A stretch of DNA of 64,000 nucleotides from Phoronis australis (taxonomy: Eukaryota > Animalia > Phoronida): contig NMRA01000455.1 of the NCBI GenBank assembly GCA_002633005.1, positions 210,122 to 274,121 on the forward strand, in the 5' to 3' direction. The notes below the pieces were generated by a model. It was not told the DNA's origin. It ran no database searches and saw only the letters and a list, made by a program, of their open reading frames with translations. Shown here in pieces: positions 25,801-40,800 of this stretch (its first letter is position 1; every line of letters begins with the position of its first letter). The position numbers were made by a program, and so were the translations under genes.

Positions 25801-28800
25801 TCAGTTCCAAGACCACCGTTGTACATTTGCAGTCAATGCCATTTTGATGTTGCCTTAGCAAAGTTATTAAACCTTCTGTTGAGACACTTCCATGCCCTTT
25901 AATTTCGGAAGTGTACTTATGTATCCTAAGGAGTTTCCTGCTGGAGCTCCACCAGTTGCAATCTCAACAGAAATCCTTAAAGGGAAATTACCTGTTTTAT
26001 ATTTGAAGAAAACACATTACTAGGATTATTACATAGGTGGACTTCTTGAAAATATTAGGCTTTGATCACAGCCATAAAACAGCAAAAATCCATTATGCTT
26101 TTGTGATTTTATTACATAATCCCCAATTATTGTTGCTGTTGTCTGCCAGGCATATACTGAAATAATAGATTGTGACTAACCTGTGAATATGCTTAATTTA
26201 GCGGGGGGGGNTAGGTTTGATTCCACCCTGAGGTTGATCTTAGAAAATTGCAGTAACACCTTTCATTTCCTACAGGATTTGAAAAATCAAAAAAGTCAAC
26301 AATTTTAACCATTCATGCATCAGATAATTTCATTTTACCTGTGAGACTTTAACTCAGCACAGAAACTGACCTGTCGCAAGCAAGCTTCAGGTCAACCTAC
26401 GATATTTCTTATGACGTAATTTGTCACATTTCGGCTCGAGTCTTATGTACCGTAAGGTTTGATGACCTCGATATAAACTGCAAAGTTAATCGAACCGTTC
26501 ACACCAACTGCGGTAAGTAACGCCATTGAAGTACAGGATCATGAATAAACACTGTCGCCATTAAAGTAATTGCAAAGTAGCTCGGATGTGTAAGGTGGCG
26601 TTCAAGGTATACTGAGAAATGGCTGGTTTTTCATCCCATTTGCACTAAAAAATTTTTTAGGTGACTATTCAAGAACTTTTACGAGTGATAACGTTATGCA
26701 TTTCTCTAATTTGATTGGTGATTATTGAAGATAAAGGAAAAGCAAGTATTGATACCTTTTAATTGTTGACAATAACAGTGGCCCCTGGCGATTACTTCAA
26801 TGAGACTGAAGTTGACCATCCATACTGCAAAGAAATGTTGCTGCTCTGCTGTTAAATCCACCTGTTTACTGCAAAGTTAACTGGTGCTGTTAATTTCAAT
26901 ACAGTACCAAAGTTCATTCATACTGACCACAACTCCCCAAAACATGGATGTGACAACATTTAGTACGGAAAGGCCTACTGTGCTGTCACCTCGTGGGTTC
27001 TTGGTGTAACTAAATTGTGAAAGCTTTCTGTCACTGATGATTGATGAGTGCAAATCCCATTGATTTTGACTTGAAGCGACTTGAAGCGAGTAGACACCAT
27101 GGTGCCTAGCTTTTTTGCTAATAATACGTCCCCTTTAACGGTAAAGTTTCACCAGTTTCGGACTAAAATATTTGCTTAAATTTCCCATATCAGTTATTCA
27201 AGGACTTATCTAACATTTTTGTGACCATCCATTCCAATGTTGAATTTGAACAATGATATCGCAGTTATTTGGCGATTCGTTAATTGTCCAGTTCTTCATA
27301 GAAATACTTTAGATTAATGTTGCTTACTTGCTAGGGTAACTTTTGTTTATCGAAGCTTCGCCGAAACTTCTCTTACCTTTCCGACTAGACAGCGATGTCA
27401 AAGTCATTACTAAGATATCAGACGACGCAGTTCATTTGTACTTTCAAACGAAAATTGAGTAGTGAGTTCGAATCTAACTGAAAATTGTTCTCCTTCCATT
27501 CATGAGTCTTTACGAAAATGATCATTGTCTATTGAGAGGCCACGCCGGCTTCGCTACATTAACAAAGAACACCTTTTGCGAGTCTGGCGTGATCGAAGTT
27601 TCGCTCAGACCTTTCCCACTATGTTGAAGTTTCGGTGAGTACCGAAGCTTCGTTTTTCAATCCTACAATTTTCTGTTTAGTTTCGCTTGCAGGTTAAACT
27701 GCCGGAGTTAACGTTTCCCATTTATCAAAACTTCGATAAAAGCGAAGTTTTGCCTCTAATGGGAAAGCGACGAGAAGTTTATTCTGTTACTAGACTAGCA
27801 TAGTTTGTAATTTGTAGATCATAAAACAACACTTAGTAAGTGTTACATTAATTGTAGCAAAGTAAGCACTGCATCAGGAAAAGTCCCCTTAAAATTTTTG
27901 TGGCAGGACATGATTGATTAATGGTAGTTTCTGCTGGCATGCTTGTTATTTATGTGTAGTTATTTTTCAGGAGGTCCCCTGGCCTACTGCTAGTTATTTT
28001 AAGCTTTCTTATGCTATCATGCATATTTTAAAAACAATTTCAGAAGGCATCCCTGCTGATAAGCAATATTGTACTGCAGGTCAGTGCAGAAACTAGTTTT
28101 GCATTGATTTTTAAATTTGCAAGTACTACCAGTAAATTCCTCCTTAATCTAGGTGATAAAAAGGCCGTTTACCAGAAAGTGTCTACTGTCCTTTTCAAAG
28201 TAAACAAGACAGACTTTATCAAGAACTCTTGCATACTCTGCCAAACTTTTATAGACTTTTTGAGAATTTTTAGTCTAACCTTTTCGTGAAAATACAGTGT
28301 TTTTTGTTAAAATTTAGTGGAATTGTGCCTTAGCCAATAATTGTTCATTTGTTAATGGACTTATGCTGTGAGTTGTTGCAATTGCGATAAAGTGATTGGA
28401 GCGACATCTGTTGAGATTTTGACTAAAGTTAACCTGAATCGAAACGGGTTGTAGTAAAAAATAAGTGGCTATTTTGTCGCGGCTTTGTGCATAAAACTTT
28501 GTTAAATTTTAATTTTGTTTGGTTTATTTTGAAAACAACTGTATGGTTGAAACGGGCAACGACTGTTGAAAGCAAGTAACCCAGAAACCTCCAAATTTTA
28601 ACAACCTGGAGCAGCCCTCTAGGAAGTTAATCATTATTGGCCAGTTTAAGTTCTTGGGAGTTGTCTGAATGTCACATGGTGGAATCTTTGATTTGGCCAC
28701 AGAGTGTCTGACATGTATTAATTAAGGGGGTATTTCACATTCCTTCCTTATAGCAAAGATATTATAGTTAGTATACAGTATCTGCTTGTATGAACCCAAC

Positions 28801-31800
28801 ACCCAGAGCCTATCAACCTCTCTCTGGATCTGCACCTGGTTAACATTCTGTACAACCGAGACATTAGCCTTAAAATTGCAATGAGAAATCTTTACTTATG
28901 GAATCGGAACAGCGAATTCAATGTTCCAACCTCACCAACCATTCACCTCACTGGCTGCCATTTTCCTAAGTTGTGGTGTAAAGTGCGTGGTACACTTGTA
29001 AAACACTCGACTTCCATTCCATGTTTTTGCATAGATTTGCGTGACTTTGCTTTTCTCACAAAATTTTTTACACGTAATGCTATGGTGGAACATTTGTCTT
29101 GATATCCACTGCATGAAAAATGGCAATGCTACCTTGAACCCTGTACTGGTTCAGTGTACTTTGTATCTTGTCCCAGATGGCACTTGTTGATCCTGGAAAG
29201 CTGTGGAGTTGTGTACCAACCATGGCATTCCATGAGTTCCACTGACATAAGGTTGGCCTGGTATTTACATTATTGCTATGACAACTGGAATTCCTAGAAG
29301 TTTTGCTGGTGGCTACTGGAAAATGGGTCATTTTTCTTGAGAGAAATCCCCATCTAGTGCCACACTAAAAGTCAATTAACAGTCTTGGCCTTTGTTTAAA
29401 TTCCATGTTAATTCAGTAACAAGACTTTTGTCTGGTGTTTCCTGGTGCAGGACAATTTCTTTTACTGAACTTCTGTTCCTGAGGTATTAAAAGTAGGTAT
29501 GACCCTAGAAAAATGTCCAAATTTTGCTAACTTTTGACCATCATATCTCAGAAATGGCTATCAGATATTTTTGAAACTTTCACTTACAATGGTTTGTGCA
29601 CTGTTCTCTAAAACTTTGTTAGGAATTAGGAATTGTTTTTAAAATGGCTTTGCACCCTTTTGCATAAGGGGCTATTTAAAATTAGGACTTGTGGTTTTGA
29701 GTCACATAACTTGAAAACAAAATGATATTTTATGAGTAAGTGAAAACTATGTTTTTTGAATATTTATATCCAACATAATTTGATCATGTTTATGATACCG
29801 TTGGTTTGCCATCAATCAATATACCTTTCTTTTTTGCCGAGTTTTACCAAAAAGACGTGTTCACTGACATTTTGGTGAAAAGTCATAAGTCATTTTCCAC
29901 ATGTTTTTTACTTGATTCAGAAAGTGTATGCTTCCGTGAGTTAAAATCTGTATTGTTGTAGACATTTGGTTAAATTACACACTTGTCATTAAAATCCTAC
30001 AAGAACAGTTCACACATGACCACCTGAAAATAACTATGATAACTGATGATCTGGTGCTGGCTGATAACTAAAAGTATTTGAACCTGCATAAAGCATTATT
30101 TGATATTTGATGATTTGTGTTAGATTGTTCTTGTTAATAACTGATAAGTACTGTGTCAACTGGTGGAACATTTTAATGTGATCTTGTGGGTGCTTTGTAC
30201 TACCTGAGTTCCCTGTGAGTGAATGACTAGTCAAGTCACCTGTTTTCTCCTAATTGACCTGATCAGCTACAATACTGGCTAAAAGTATTCAGACGAAATG
30301 ACCCACAATTCCTTGTAGTAGGGGCTAGGCAGAAAAGCCAAATTCATCGTCAGTGGGTTTTCTCTGGTGACCCAGAATGAAGGGGGATTAACAGGAGTTT
30401 TTGTGGCTATGCCTGTAATTAAAAATAAACGCCAGAATACTTATTGATTTCTGAATAAGCCCTCATGGCTGAGAAATTGTATTTTGTCTGATTACTTTTG
30501 TCTCATGCTGTAGTGGTGACCTTTACCTGTAGAACATGCACCAACAAGTTTGCTCCTTCCACACACTCTGTGACTTTGGAAATGTGATCGGAATGAAGGT
30601 GTAGTCAAAATCGGAGTCCAACAAGACGATTGCTCAAACTGTATTGTCTCATCAGAATCTTAGTTTTGACAGGAAACTGATTTGCACTCCTGACTTTCTG
30701 CAATTCACAATGTACAGCTACCGCGATCTGATGATTTAGACTAATGTTATGTCGTGAAACTGATCTCGCTCATGTATGAACCCTCATCAAACCACTCAAA
30801 ACATATTCTGCAGTAACCATATTTACTGCAGTGGATTAAGCTTTTCAACTGAGTTACCATAGATTAAATTTTATACCAGTCACTAATCCCATGTTCTGAG
30901 GAGGAGTAAACATAATACCACAGTAAATTTAATCCAGTAATAGGTGACCATTGACCATTCTCAAAGAAGTTGAGCCACTTTCCTTACCCCTGCCCTGAGG
31001 AATAAAGAAAGGTTCAGTGGGAAAGCAGCTCAAGTGTCCTTTTACAGTGTACTTGTATTGTGTAACTCCCAAGTATCAGTAGCTGTAGGCCTACAGAAAT
31101 GTTGTCATCAAGGACTCTTTCTTAGGAGCTTGTTTTGTAGGATACTAGTAGTCTGTGATTCTGCATGTAAAAGTGCTTGTCCCAGAAGTTTAAGATAATG
31201 CTGCTGGGTCATTTCATTGTGATGATGTGGTACTGAATAATTACTGATTTATTGGGATAAAACATAATTTACAAAATGAATGGGTGGTACGGGGTAATGG
31301 AAGTGCTGACCGACTGAAACTTTTGACAAAAAGTCTCATCCCCCTATGAGACACTTTTTGTGACATGGAGGGAATTGTGACATTTTTCACAAACAGGGTG
31401 GATTGGGGTGATACCTATTTGCTGGCACCTCCCATGTCAGATGTTAGGAGACAGCTGGGCAGGATTTTGTCCAAAAGTCATTGAAATGATTATGACTTTC
31501 CCATAGCGTTTGAAAGTCACAAGGAATATATAACCAGCTGAGGCAAAATCTAGATTGAATTCTTGTGTAACTTTAGTTTTTCAAAACTTTTTGTGTTTCA
31601 AATACAACTACTTGAAATCCAAGAATTTTGTTCATATAGTTAACTACCTGGCTTTCAGTTTGAGTGAGTTGGGATTTTTTGGCACTTAGTCTTCTATCTA
31701 GCGGTAACTGAAGACATAAAAATATCATATTTTAAAATCTAGAAAGTCCCAATGTCCTGTGGTAGCCTTTCTCTGCACTCCATTGCCAAGCGCCCTATCA

Positions 31801-34800
31801 CCTTTTATGGACAAAGCGTTTTTCATAATGTCGCCCCTATATTGGAAAACGACTATTGTCTATAGTACTGGTGTTGTTGGAGTCATTTTGGTACACCTGC
31901 TGTGGTGAAAGCTTGCACATTATGGTTGACAAGTGAATTTTTTTTCTTTTCTCACGAAAGAGAAGTAGCACCAACCAAATGTTTAACATTTTAAAGTTCT
32001 ATACTTTGGCTACTATAAAGAGAATCTTTTGCGAAAGCATTCATAGCAACCTTGCGATGCTTTGAAAAAATAAAAAGAGATAAATTTCCATAATTTTTTT
32101 GTCGGTAATTTTTAGATTTAACTGTAAGTTGTTTAATAAAGTCTTCATTCTCTCTTTGGTTATAGCCGCACCAGTTTGACGAGTGCCGCTTTGACGTCAG
32201 CGTGAGCGACTGTTTGTGGTACCTGCGGACAGAAACTCCTGAACAGCGACAACACTGGATCAATGCACTAGAGATTCACAAGGTGAGAAATAGGGAAACA
32301 GGCAATACATAGGATACTTTACAGATAGATTAATGACCTAGGGTTACATAGGACCCTAGAGAAATGTTCAATTTTGGCCAACTTCGACAGAAATGGCTTG
32401 TCAGATTGACACAAAAACTTTGAGATACTATGGTTTGTCGGCTGTTCTCCAAAACGCTTTTAGGAATGGTATTTGGAATGTTCCGGTTTTGAATGAGAGG
32501 CTACCAAAATACCACTTAGATGGTTTTTACAAAAAAATTTGCCTGAAACGAAAAGGAATTGATAATTTAGAAAGCTCGAAATTTATGTTACTTTTAACAG
32601 GATTTGTTTGACAAAGCTATGGACAAGCAACATCTAGTAAAATTTTGAGTACTAGCAACAATGTGGTAAACCTTAAGCAATTATTTTGTCCCAAATCGAA
32701 GAATTTTTACCCTAACTGGGTGTATGTAACAACAGAGCATAGGCGCTTCGATGCTGTAAGAGAGGTCAATAGTCTCATTGGGGTTATTGGCAGTTGTCGT
32801 ATTATGTATTTTTGAAATGTGCCATTCTACAACTGTAAGCATTTCATTTCATTATATTCACACCTTACATGATTATTCCAAGTTAATACAAATTAATGCA
32901 CCAGCGTAACATTTTTGGAATGCCATCTTACAAGAACTCTGTTAACTACCGAAGCCGGTGTGAAAAGTTCAACTAACATCACGGTTTTCGTTAACACTCC
33001 TCTTGTACCGGAATCAACATCATGTGAACGGCCTTTAACTCACAGGCATAAAAACTAATTACCAAAAATGATTATGTATATTTTACTCATCACGGTGTTT
33101 TTTCCTTTCCAAGCTCATTTAACTCTGCTGTCATTCTGTTTCTAGCAATCAGAATCGGGCTACGGAAGTGAGAACAACCTCCGTCGTCATGGTTCCCTGC
33201 TCAGTATCACCTCGGGAACCAGCACGCTCTCGACGACGTCTGCTTCCTCGTTCAAGGTAAATAAGCGTTACCACGTGCTATAAATTTGGTTCACGTTTGA
33301 ACTGCTGTGCAATACAAACACTGGAAGCAGCTTAACATTTTTGAGGTTCTCCGGCTTCGTTGACTTTTCATTTACGCGCACCAAATTGATGGGATCGTCC
33401 AAAGCATTTGACCAATTTCGTCAAAATTCACCTAGTACTGTGATCATTGTTTAAATTTGAAACTCGTGGAAAACAGATGCTCAATAACACGCAAGTCATT
33501 GGAAAATACGTTAAATAATTTTTATTCAGAAATTTCGCTGAATACGGTGGGGTGTTTAACCAGCTGCCTTGCATGTTCGATAGACCAGTACCTGGAAGTT
33601 TATTTTATGCACTGCATCTTCATCTTTCTGTGCGGCATGTTTTGACATGCACATTAACAAACGCTGATAGGGTGTACGGAGACACAGCAGACTGGCTACC
33701 ACAAGTCCTGCTATTCTTCACGCATGGCAGAATTTCAAGAAACACAAAAATTTACCGCCAGTCCTTGACCTGCAGACGACCAAAGCAAAGAGAATGACCT
33801 GGCCTCTGATTGGTCGAGTTGTTAGAAGGAGAAGTGAGTCGGAGGAGATGTCCGGGAATTTTGTCGACCAAGGAGCATCGCCATCTCATCAGGCAATGCC
33901 CCATTCGTTTTTTGATTTACGTTACATTTTTTGTGGTGACCATAGTCTGGAGTTATTCTCTGATATGTTGTGTTTTGTCCCAGTAGCATTGTGTTTAGAT
34001 TTTGTTAATGTTTACAGTTTTTGATCCTGATCAGCGGAACACTTTAGTTTGGATCTTTGGTGGTCGCCTCACGCTGGCGTACAGTGGACTCACCTGCTAA
34101 AATTCTTGTGATGCATGTCAGTTTCTTGGGGTTCAACAATACAAAGCAGTCCAGAAATTATTATATTAAGCGAAGCCCAGGAGAATATGAAGATTAACAT
34201 GTTTTCTGGAAAGATGAGGTATCTCTGGTGGAAAATTTGCACAGTAAACCGAGACCTGTGCTCATTTTGACAAGTTGAATCTCATGCTTAGGAGGCATGG
34301 GGCCAATTCCAAGAAATGTCATTGTTGACTTAAGTCTAAGATTTGTCTCAACTTCCAAACTTTGAAACTTCCACCTTCCACATCCGGTAAGATAGTCAAA
34401 ATCAAAACGAAACTTAAGTCAAAAACTGAAGTCAAACTTAAGATCTCTTTCTTAAAATAGACTTGAGACAAATTCAAGTTTTATCTTAAAATTGACTGAA
34501 ATTTAAGATTTGTCTTTGCTAAGTCAATTTTCTTGGAACGGGCCCTGGTGTATTTGGTTGCTGACGAGTTGAGTCTGTTACAGAGGGGGCGTGGCCTACG
34601 GGAGAAGTTGGCGGAAATGGAGACGTTCAGAGACATTCTGTGTAAACAGGTGGAGACACTGCAGGGCTACTTTGACGCGTGCTCGCAGGCAGTGTCGGCA
34701 CTCAACCCTAGTATTCATGATTGTAAGTAGCCAATGTTGTTGCGGTTATTTTATGATTAGTTATTGGACAAACTGGAACATACTTCTTGCCAAAATTATT

Positions 34801-37800
34801 TGGAAATTTTGTCAAGTTTTTGCTTTTATCAGGGCTTGGAATTTTCCGCGGAAACGCGAATTTCCGCTTTTTTCAAATGTTCTGTCCGCGNNNNNNNNNN
34901 NNNGACTTGAGACAAATTCAAGTTTTATCTTAAAATTGACTGAAATTTAAGATTTGTCTTCGCTAAGTCAATTTTCTTGGAACGGGCCCTGGTGTATTTG
35001 GTTGCTGACGAGTTGAGTCTGTTACAGAGGGGGCGTGGCCTACGGGAGAAGTTGGCGGAAATGGAGACGTTCAGAGACATTCTGTGTAAACAGGTGGAGA
35101 CACTGCAGGGCTACTTTGACGCGTGCTCGCAGGCAGTGTCAGCACTCAACCCTAGTATTCATGATTGTAAGTAGCCAATGTTGTTGCGGTTATTTTATGA
35201 TTAGTTTTCGAAATTACTGGACAAACTGGAACATACTTCTTGTCAAAATTATTTGGAAATTTTGTCAAGTTTCTGCTTCAATAAAATGGCACTTCTGTTG
35301 AACTACAGTTAGAGTTTAATGCCATGGCACTGCGCCGAGCCACCAATTGTTTATGTGTAAAAGGACTAGCAAAATAAATTTTCACGACTTGGACAGAGAA
35401 CCACACCTATCAAGGCTTGTTGAGAATATGCTGGAATTGAAACAAGCTCTAATCTAAAAGAGTCGCACATTTAGGTGAGGTTTTTGCATTAAAAGTTTGG
35501 CGAATTTTGATGCTGATTGTCCAGCTTACTTTGAAAACTACTGCAGTATCTTTACACCAATAATTTTTCAAATATGGCGTGCTGCAAATGTTCGACAACA
35601 CGAACATAAAGTTTTTTCAATTACTCGGTTACTTACTATGACCGTGTATGACTCTGCGACTCTCTACATTCTGAAAACTAAGAAATTGCTGTTTCATAAC
35701 TTTTCAGCTCAGTCCTTGCAAAAGAGAAAGTAGATTTTTCTTGTTAGTTATTTGGACGTTTCAAAAAATAAATTCCTCTGTCTCACTAACCTAATGTACG
35801 AGAAAAATAACTGTGCACCTTGCAGGGTGTAGAAACAACACAGCTGTCTTCATAAGCATGGCTCTCTGACCACCAAGTATGGTGCAGGGACTCCATGTCT
35901 ATGAACTGTGTTGGCGATCAGTGAGCCATGTTGCTGAGTCAAGAGCTGTGTTTTTGGGTGATTAAGTCGTTTTAGTAAAACGTGCACTGTGTTGGTGGTT
36001 GGTAAGCTGTGTTTAAGAGTTGGTGAATTGAAGTTAAAGGGCCCGTGAGCCGTGTTCACTTGTGGGGAACTGTGATTACAAGTGTAACAGCCATGTTGTT
36101 TCCACTCCATATCTAGGATCAGTTTGTACGTGGGCAGTATTCTGCTGTTTGAATGCAATTTTCATTTGCATTTGTCTGTTGTGACATATCAAATTATCAG
36201 TGTAATTAAGAGGCTCTAACTTAGCTTGTGACTTTCAATCCAATTTAATAGTGACTGTCAAGATATGAGATATCATTGAGTATGGTTTGATTGAGTTCTG
36301 TCTGGTTTTGTTGTGTTGAAGATTGGAAAAATGTATTCATTTTGCTTCAGGTTGACTAATGCTTTCAGTCGATAGTCACCCATGTATTGTTTGATTGTAC
36401 CGTCTACGGTGTCTTGAAACCCGAACAAAAGTGCTTTCTGTTAAAGTACTGCATGATAGATTTCTCTTAAGTCATGAGACATTTGAGTCCATTCATTAGT
36501 AGCTCCATCTGGTGGCTTGGCAGGAAGCCTACCTATTCCCTAGTGTGGTCATCATTGGATTTTACGTACATCAGGTTTAGGACACTCTGGCTGTGTATGT
36601 TGTCCTCATGTCCAAGCTGATGCATGCAAGCAAACTACATTGAATGGAAGCTGAGGAGGCAAGACCTCAGTTGTGGCCTGCAGTCTAGTTTAGTAGGAGG
36701 CACACTCTACATCCCTAGACCGTACTGCCCCCTATTGCAAAACTTAATAAATGCCTTTTAAACAGTCATTCTGGCTGGAATAATCTTGTGTTGTTAGTTC
36801 TTTTGATGGCCAAAAAGTTTTTGTTTTGGGTGGGATTAGAGAAAACAGCGTGTCTACGTTTTAACCGGCCTATGGTCTGCATTGTTGTCAATCAAGACAG
36901 TATTTTGTGAAAAGGATTGTATTTTTGGTTAGTACTTGATTCTTGTCTACAATTGAAAAGTTTTGGCTTTGACTTTGCAAATTGCCATGAAAGAGTGTTT
37001 GATGGTGTTGGATATTGCTGGCTGGTTCGCTTACACAATCTTACACTTATTTATGGTGTTTCTTTTCTGTTAGCCGTACAAAGCGACGACATCGACGATG
37101 TTGATGACTTCGACACTCCCAGACCCGCCAATCAGGTGCCTGTTAGCGATTTCCAAGATGACAGAAGTAGTGATGGTAAAAACGACAAAGATATGGGTAA
37201 GAACTTTGTCCCTGACATACCAAACTTGTTTTCGGCACGTCTGACCTGTTACGAACTTGGTGATGAAATGTATTGTCACTGGTGAACCTGGTCAGTCTTG
37301 ACCAAATGCCTGACTTGTATGTGGCACCCTGTGAGTGGTTCCTTCTCCGATTGTATAGCGCTTGATAATTTTTCCCCTCTTGTATTTCTCCATTGTTGAT
37401 GTGATACTGAGGGGTCAGTCGCACTAGACTTAAAATGTCAGCCAAACTTAAGTCTCGCATATTCAAGCCGCAGACTCACTTGTGTCGGAATTGAAGCGAG
37501 TTGAATTTGAAAAGAAACTGATATTTAGTTGAGGTTTTGTGTGCCAAAACTTTGCCGAATATTCAAAGTTGTCCAGTTCAGTTTCAAAACTGCAATGTAC
37601 TTGTTGAAAAAATTGAACACGTCGTTGCCAGGTGTAAGCCATCATTTCGTCTTCTGGTAATGCTTGGCTGATGGTGAAATAGCTGTGTCCCATGAATTTT
37701 TGCAGTTACGCCGAGACCTTGCTGTCTGAATGAATCTGGGTAAATGGTCTTATGTGAGAAGGCTGAATTAAGCATTGGTTACCGGGGTCATACTGTTGTA

Positions 37801-40800
37801 TCATAGGATATAGTATTGTTTTGTATGGCTGTGTATTGTATTATGTGGAATTGTAATGTGTGGATTTGTATATTGACCTATTGAGACATGCAGTAAACTA
37901 GCAACACCTGGGATTTCTCCTTAAGGGATACCCTTATCCTGTCTGTTCATGTGAATAGAACATTGGTGTTTCTTAGTTGGTATATGACTTTCAGACAAGT
38001 TACGATCCTGTAGTAACTTTTGATCTCCAAGTCGAGTGCCTAGTCACGCCACCATTGCAGCCAACCTAGGAAGAACAGAAAGAGAACTTCGTTTTTACAA
38101 TTTATTGTATAAAGTATCTGAACAACTATAGCTCTAAACTTTAAAATTTACAAAAAGTTTAAATTATTATAATAGTTTGGTACGTTCTAAGGAAATCAAG
38201 GTTTTGTTTGTTTTTCTTTTCTTATTTTTATGCGCCCACATATTTATATGTGGTCGCATATTACCGTCATCTCTGTCTGGGCATCCAACGTGTACCAGAC
38301 CGCCTGCAATTATTTTTTATGTATCTCCTAAATGCTCTACATTATCTTTATTGAATTTTAGTCTGGTGTATTTATATGAAGTTGAAAGCAGAGTACGACG
38401 AGTTTCGAACAGATCGGACTATCGGTGTGCCCCCTAGTGGCATTTTTTGTTTTTTACGTTTATCTCTGTATCTTCAAAGGTTTTCAACAAATTTTCATAA
38501 AAATTAGCAAATAGACATCTATTAGTGAGGTGACGCTACCCTCTAGTTTTCGGTTGACGTTGAGGTATTTTGTGCCACCTAGTGGCCATTTTTACTGTTT
38601 TATGTTTTTTCGGCATCTGCCCCTCTGTCTACCAAACCACTCTAAGGATGATTGTGGAAATTGGCACATATGTTCCTAATGTGAAGAGTAGGGATGACTA
38701 TTTTCTGATGACTTTGACTACTGTGGCACCTCCTAGTGACAGTTTTGTTTTTTTTGCACCCATAGCTGTATCTCCTAAACACTCTGCAGGATGTTTAATT
38801 AAATTTAGCAAATCTATTCATATGAAATTGACAAGGGACGACAACTTTCAGACGTATGTTACGAACGCTGTGCCCCCTAGTGACAATTTCATTTTTTTCC
38901 GTTTTCCTCTGTTTCTTTGAAGTTCCTTTATGGATTTTAATGAAATTCAATAAATAGCTTTCTATTGAAATATGTTAGCATGTTCCCGTTTGTGGATGGA
39001 TTGGACATATTTTGCACCATCTAGTGGCCATTGTTATGAGATACAAATAAACACCCCTGGAAGCACACCATTTGCGGATCATTCATGGTCACATATCAAC
39101 GCTCTGTGTTGCTCTTGTTTATAATGCAGTCGTTAACACAGGAACACTGGTGCAGCAGTGGGCTCCTAGAAGCCCCCCCCTCCCCAGTGCAAAAACAATT
39201 GATTTGGGGGACAAGGACTTCAAGGACATCCCATGGATCTTTGATGGATATTTTTATTATCAGTTGTCTTTGTTAAAAAGTATATTTTTTTAATAACCAA
39301 GTTACGGTACAAGATGGAAGTAATCGCACAAACTTCACGATACTGTTTACAGAAAAAAAAACCCGGCAATGACCACCATGCCGGCAAATTACAGAACGGC
39401 TCAGTCACCTTGCTAAATGTTCGGTTAATTCCCATCTGTTCTTGGTCACAAGCAAAGACTATGCTGACGATGAATTCAGGGAATTCTGGGAAATCTTGCC
39501 TGAATACTTTTGGCCTGTACTGTACTGTATTAATCAAGTCATTCGACTTCAAACATGTTGCTTGAGCCGTGGCCATAGCTACTACCTGCACTAATAATTA
39601 GCACCTGAGCATGATTATACAGACATTGTAATTAGTCCTAATTGATTGGTGAGAGGTAGTCTTCGTATAGCTGATACTATGTAGGTATGCTGTAGCCTGG
39701 CTGGGTGGTGTGACCTTAAGGTCTAAGTTTAGCCTCTGCTGTTGGTCGAAAATAGCAGTTGCAGGTCAGGGTCTGGTAGTGGAAAGGTCGCGGTGTTGTG
39801 AGTCAAACTTCAGTTGTTCAGTCATTTAGGAATAGGCATTATGATTTTCTTAAAGGTTTTTGGAAGATTTTTTACTAGTTTTTGTCTTTGGCAGTGAAGT
39901 GTTATTTAGTACTAATGTTAGTCTCCACCTCAAGACTGTCAATGTATGGTAATGTATGGTAATGTATCAATATATGCCTTACTTGATAACACTATAATTA
40001 CGTGGCTGGTAAAAAGCCAGCCTGTCGCACAGCTGATATGGCATTCAGACTTTCCCCATCCCCGTTCACATGCCCGGTATTTTACAGCATCCATATTCCG
40101 TCAACACGGGGCACATGCTCTAGACTTCAAGGGCGAGGCGTTCACATTCAAGGCAACTACGGCTGGTATAATAGCCACACTTTCACACTGCATCGACCTG
40201 ATGCAACAAAGGGAAGAGGCATGGAGAAAACGAATGGAGAGGGTGGGTAGTTCAACTTAAAATGTCACGGTTTATTGATATTTTTGTCTGTTAAGGTAAA
40301 AATTTGTTTATTTGGGACAAAAAATTTATCGCTGAAATTTCCATGTTTTTATTTTGCAGAGGCTCACCGCATCGTTGCAGATATTCAGAATTTTGACAAA
40401 CGTTTGGCAATAGCTACGCCCATACAAACTGTGCTGAAAGCAAAGTAGATTTTCCTGAAACGTTATTTGTAATGAGAACCTTGACAAGGTGAAATTTTAT
40501 CTGTATGTCCACCATATTGTGTCCCAAACTGAAGAACTTTTACCGTAATACAGGTAACTCGTTTAAGGCCAAAATATCGTAGGAACTACTCACAACTTCA
40601 TGATTGTAGGCGTAAAGTAATGCACGTTGCATATCGTACTAAACTTACTGTGTGTAATTACTGTTGGATTTTGATCATTATTGTGTATAGTGAATATATT
40701 GTGTTCTCTTACTCTTTGTTTTTACATCTGGTAGTCTGGTTTCCTTGTTCGTTTCCAGGAAATTGAAAAGCGGAAAAAATACGAGGAAGCGTACAAGGCC

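Noticed and set aside
35028-35166. Second mutually exclusive exon pair at exon 4
   Set aside because: Flanking introns are also near-identical and the copies straddle an N gap; assembly or haplotype artefact is far more likely, unlike exons 11A/11B
38430-39030. CRISPR-like repeat/spacer array
   Set aside because: Eukaryotic intron; spacers are ~130 bp and homologous to each other; no cas genes
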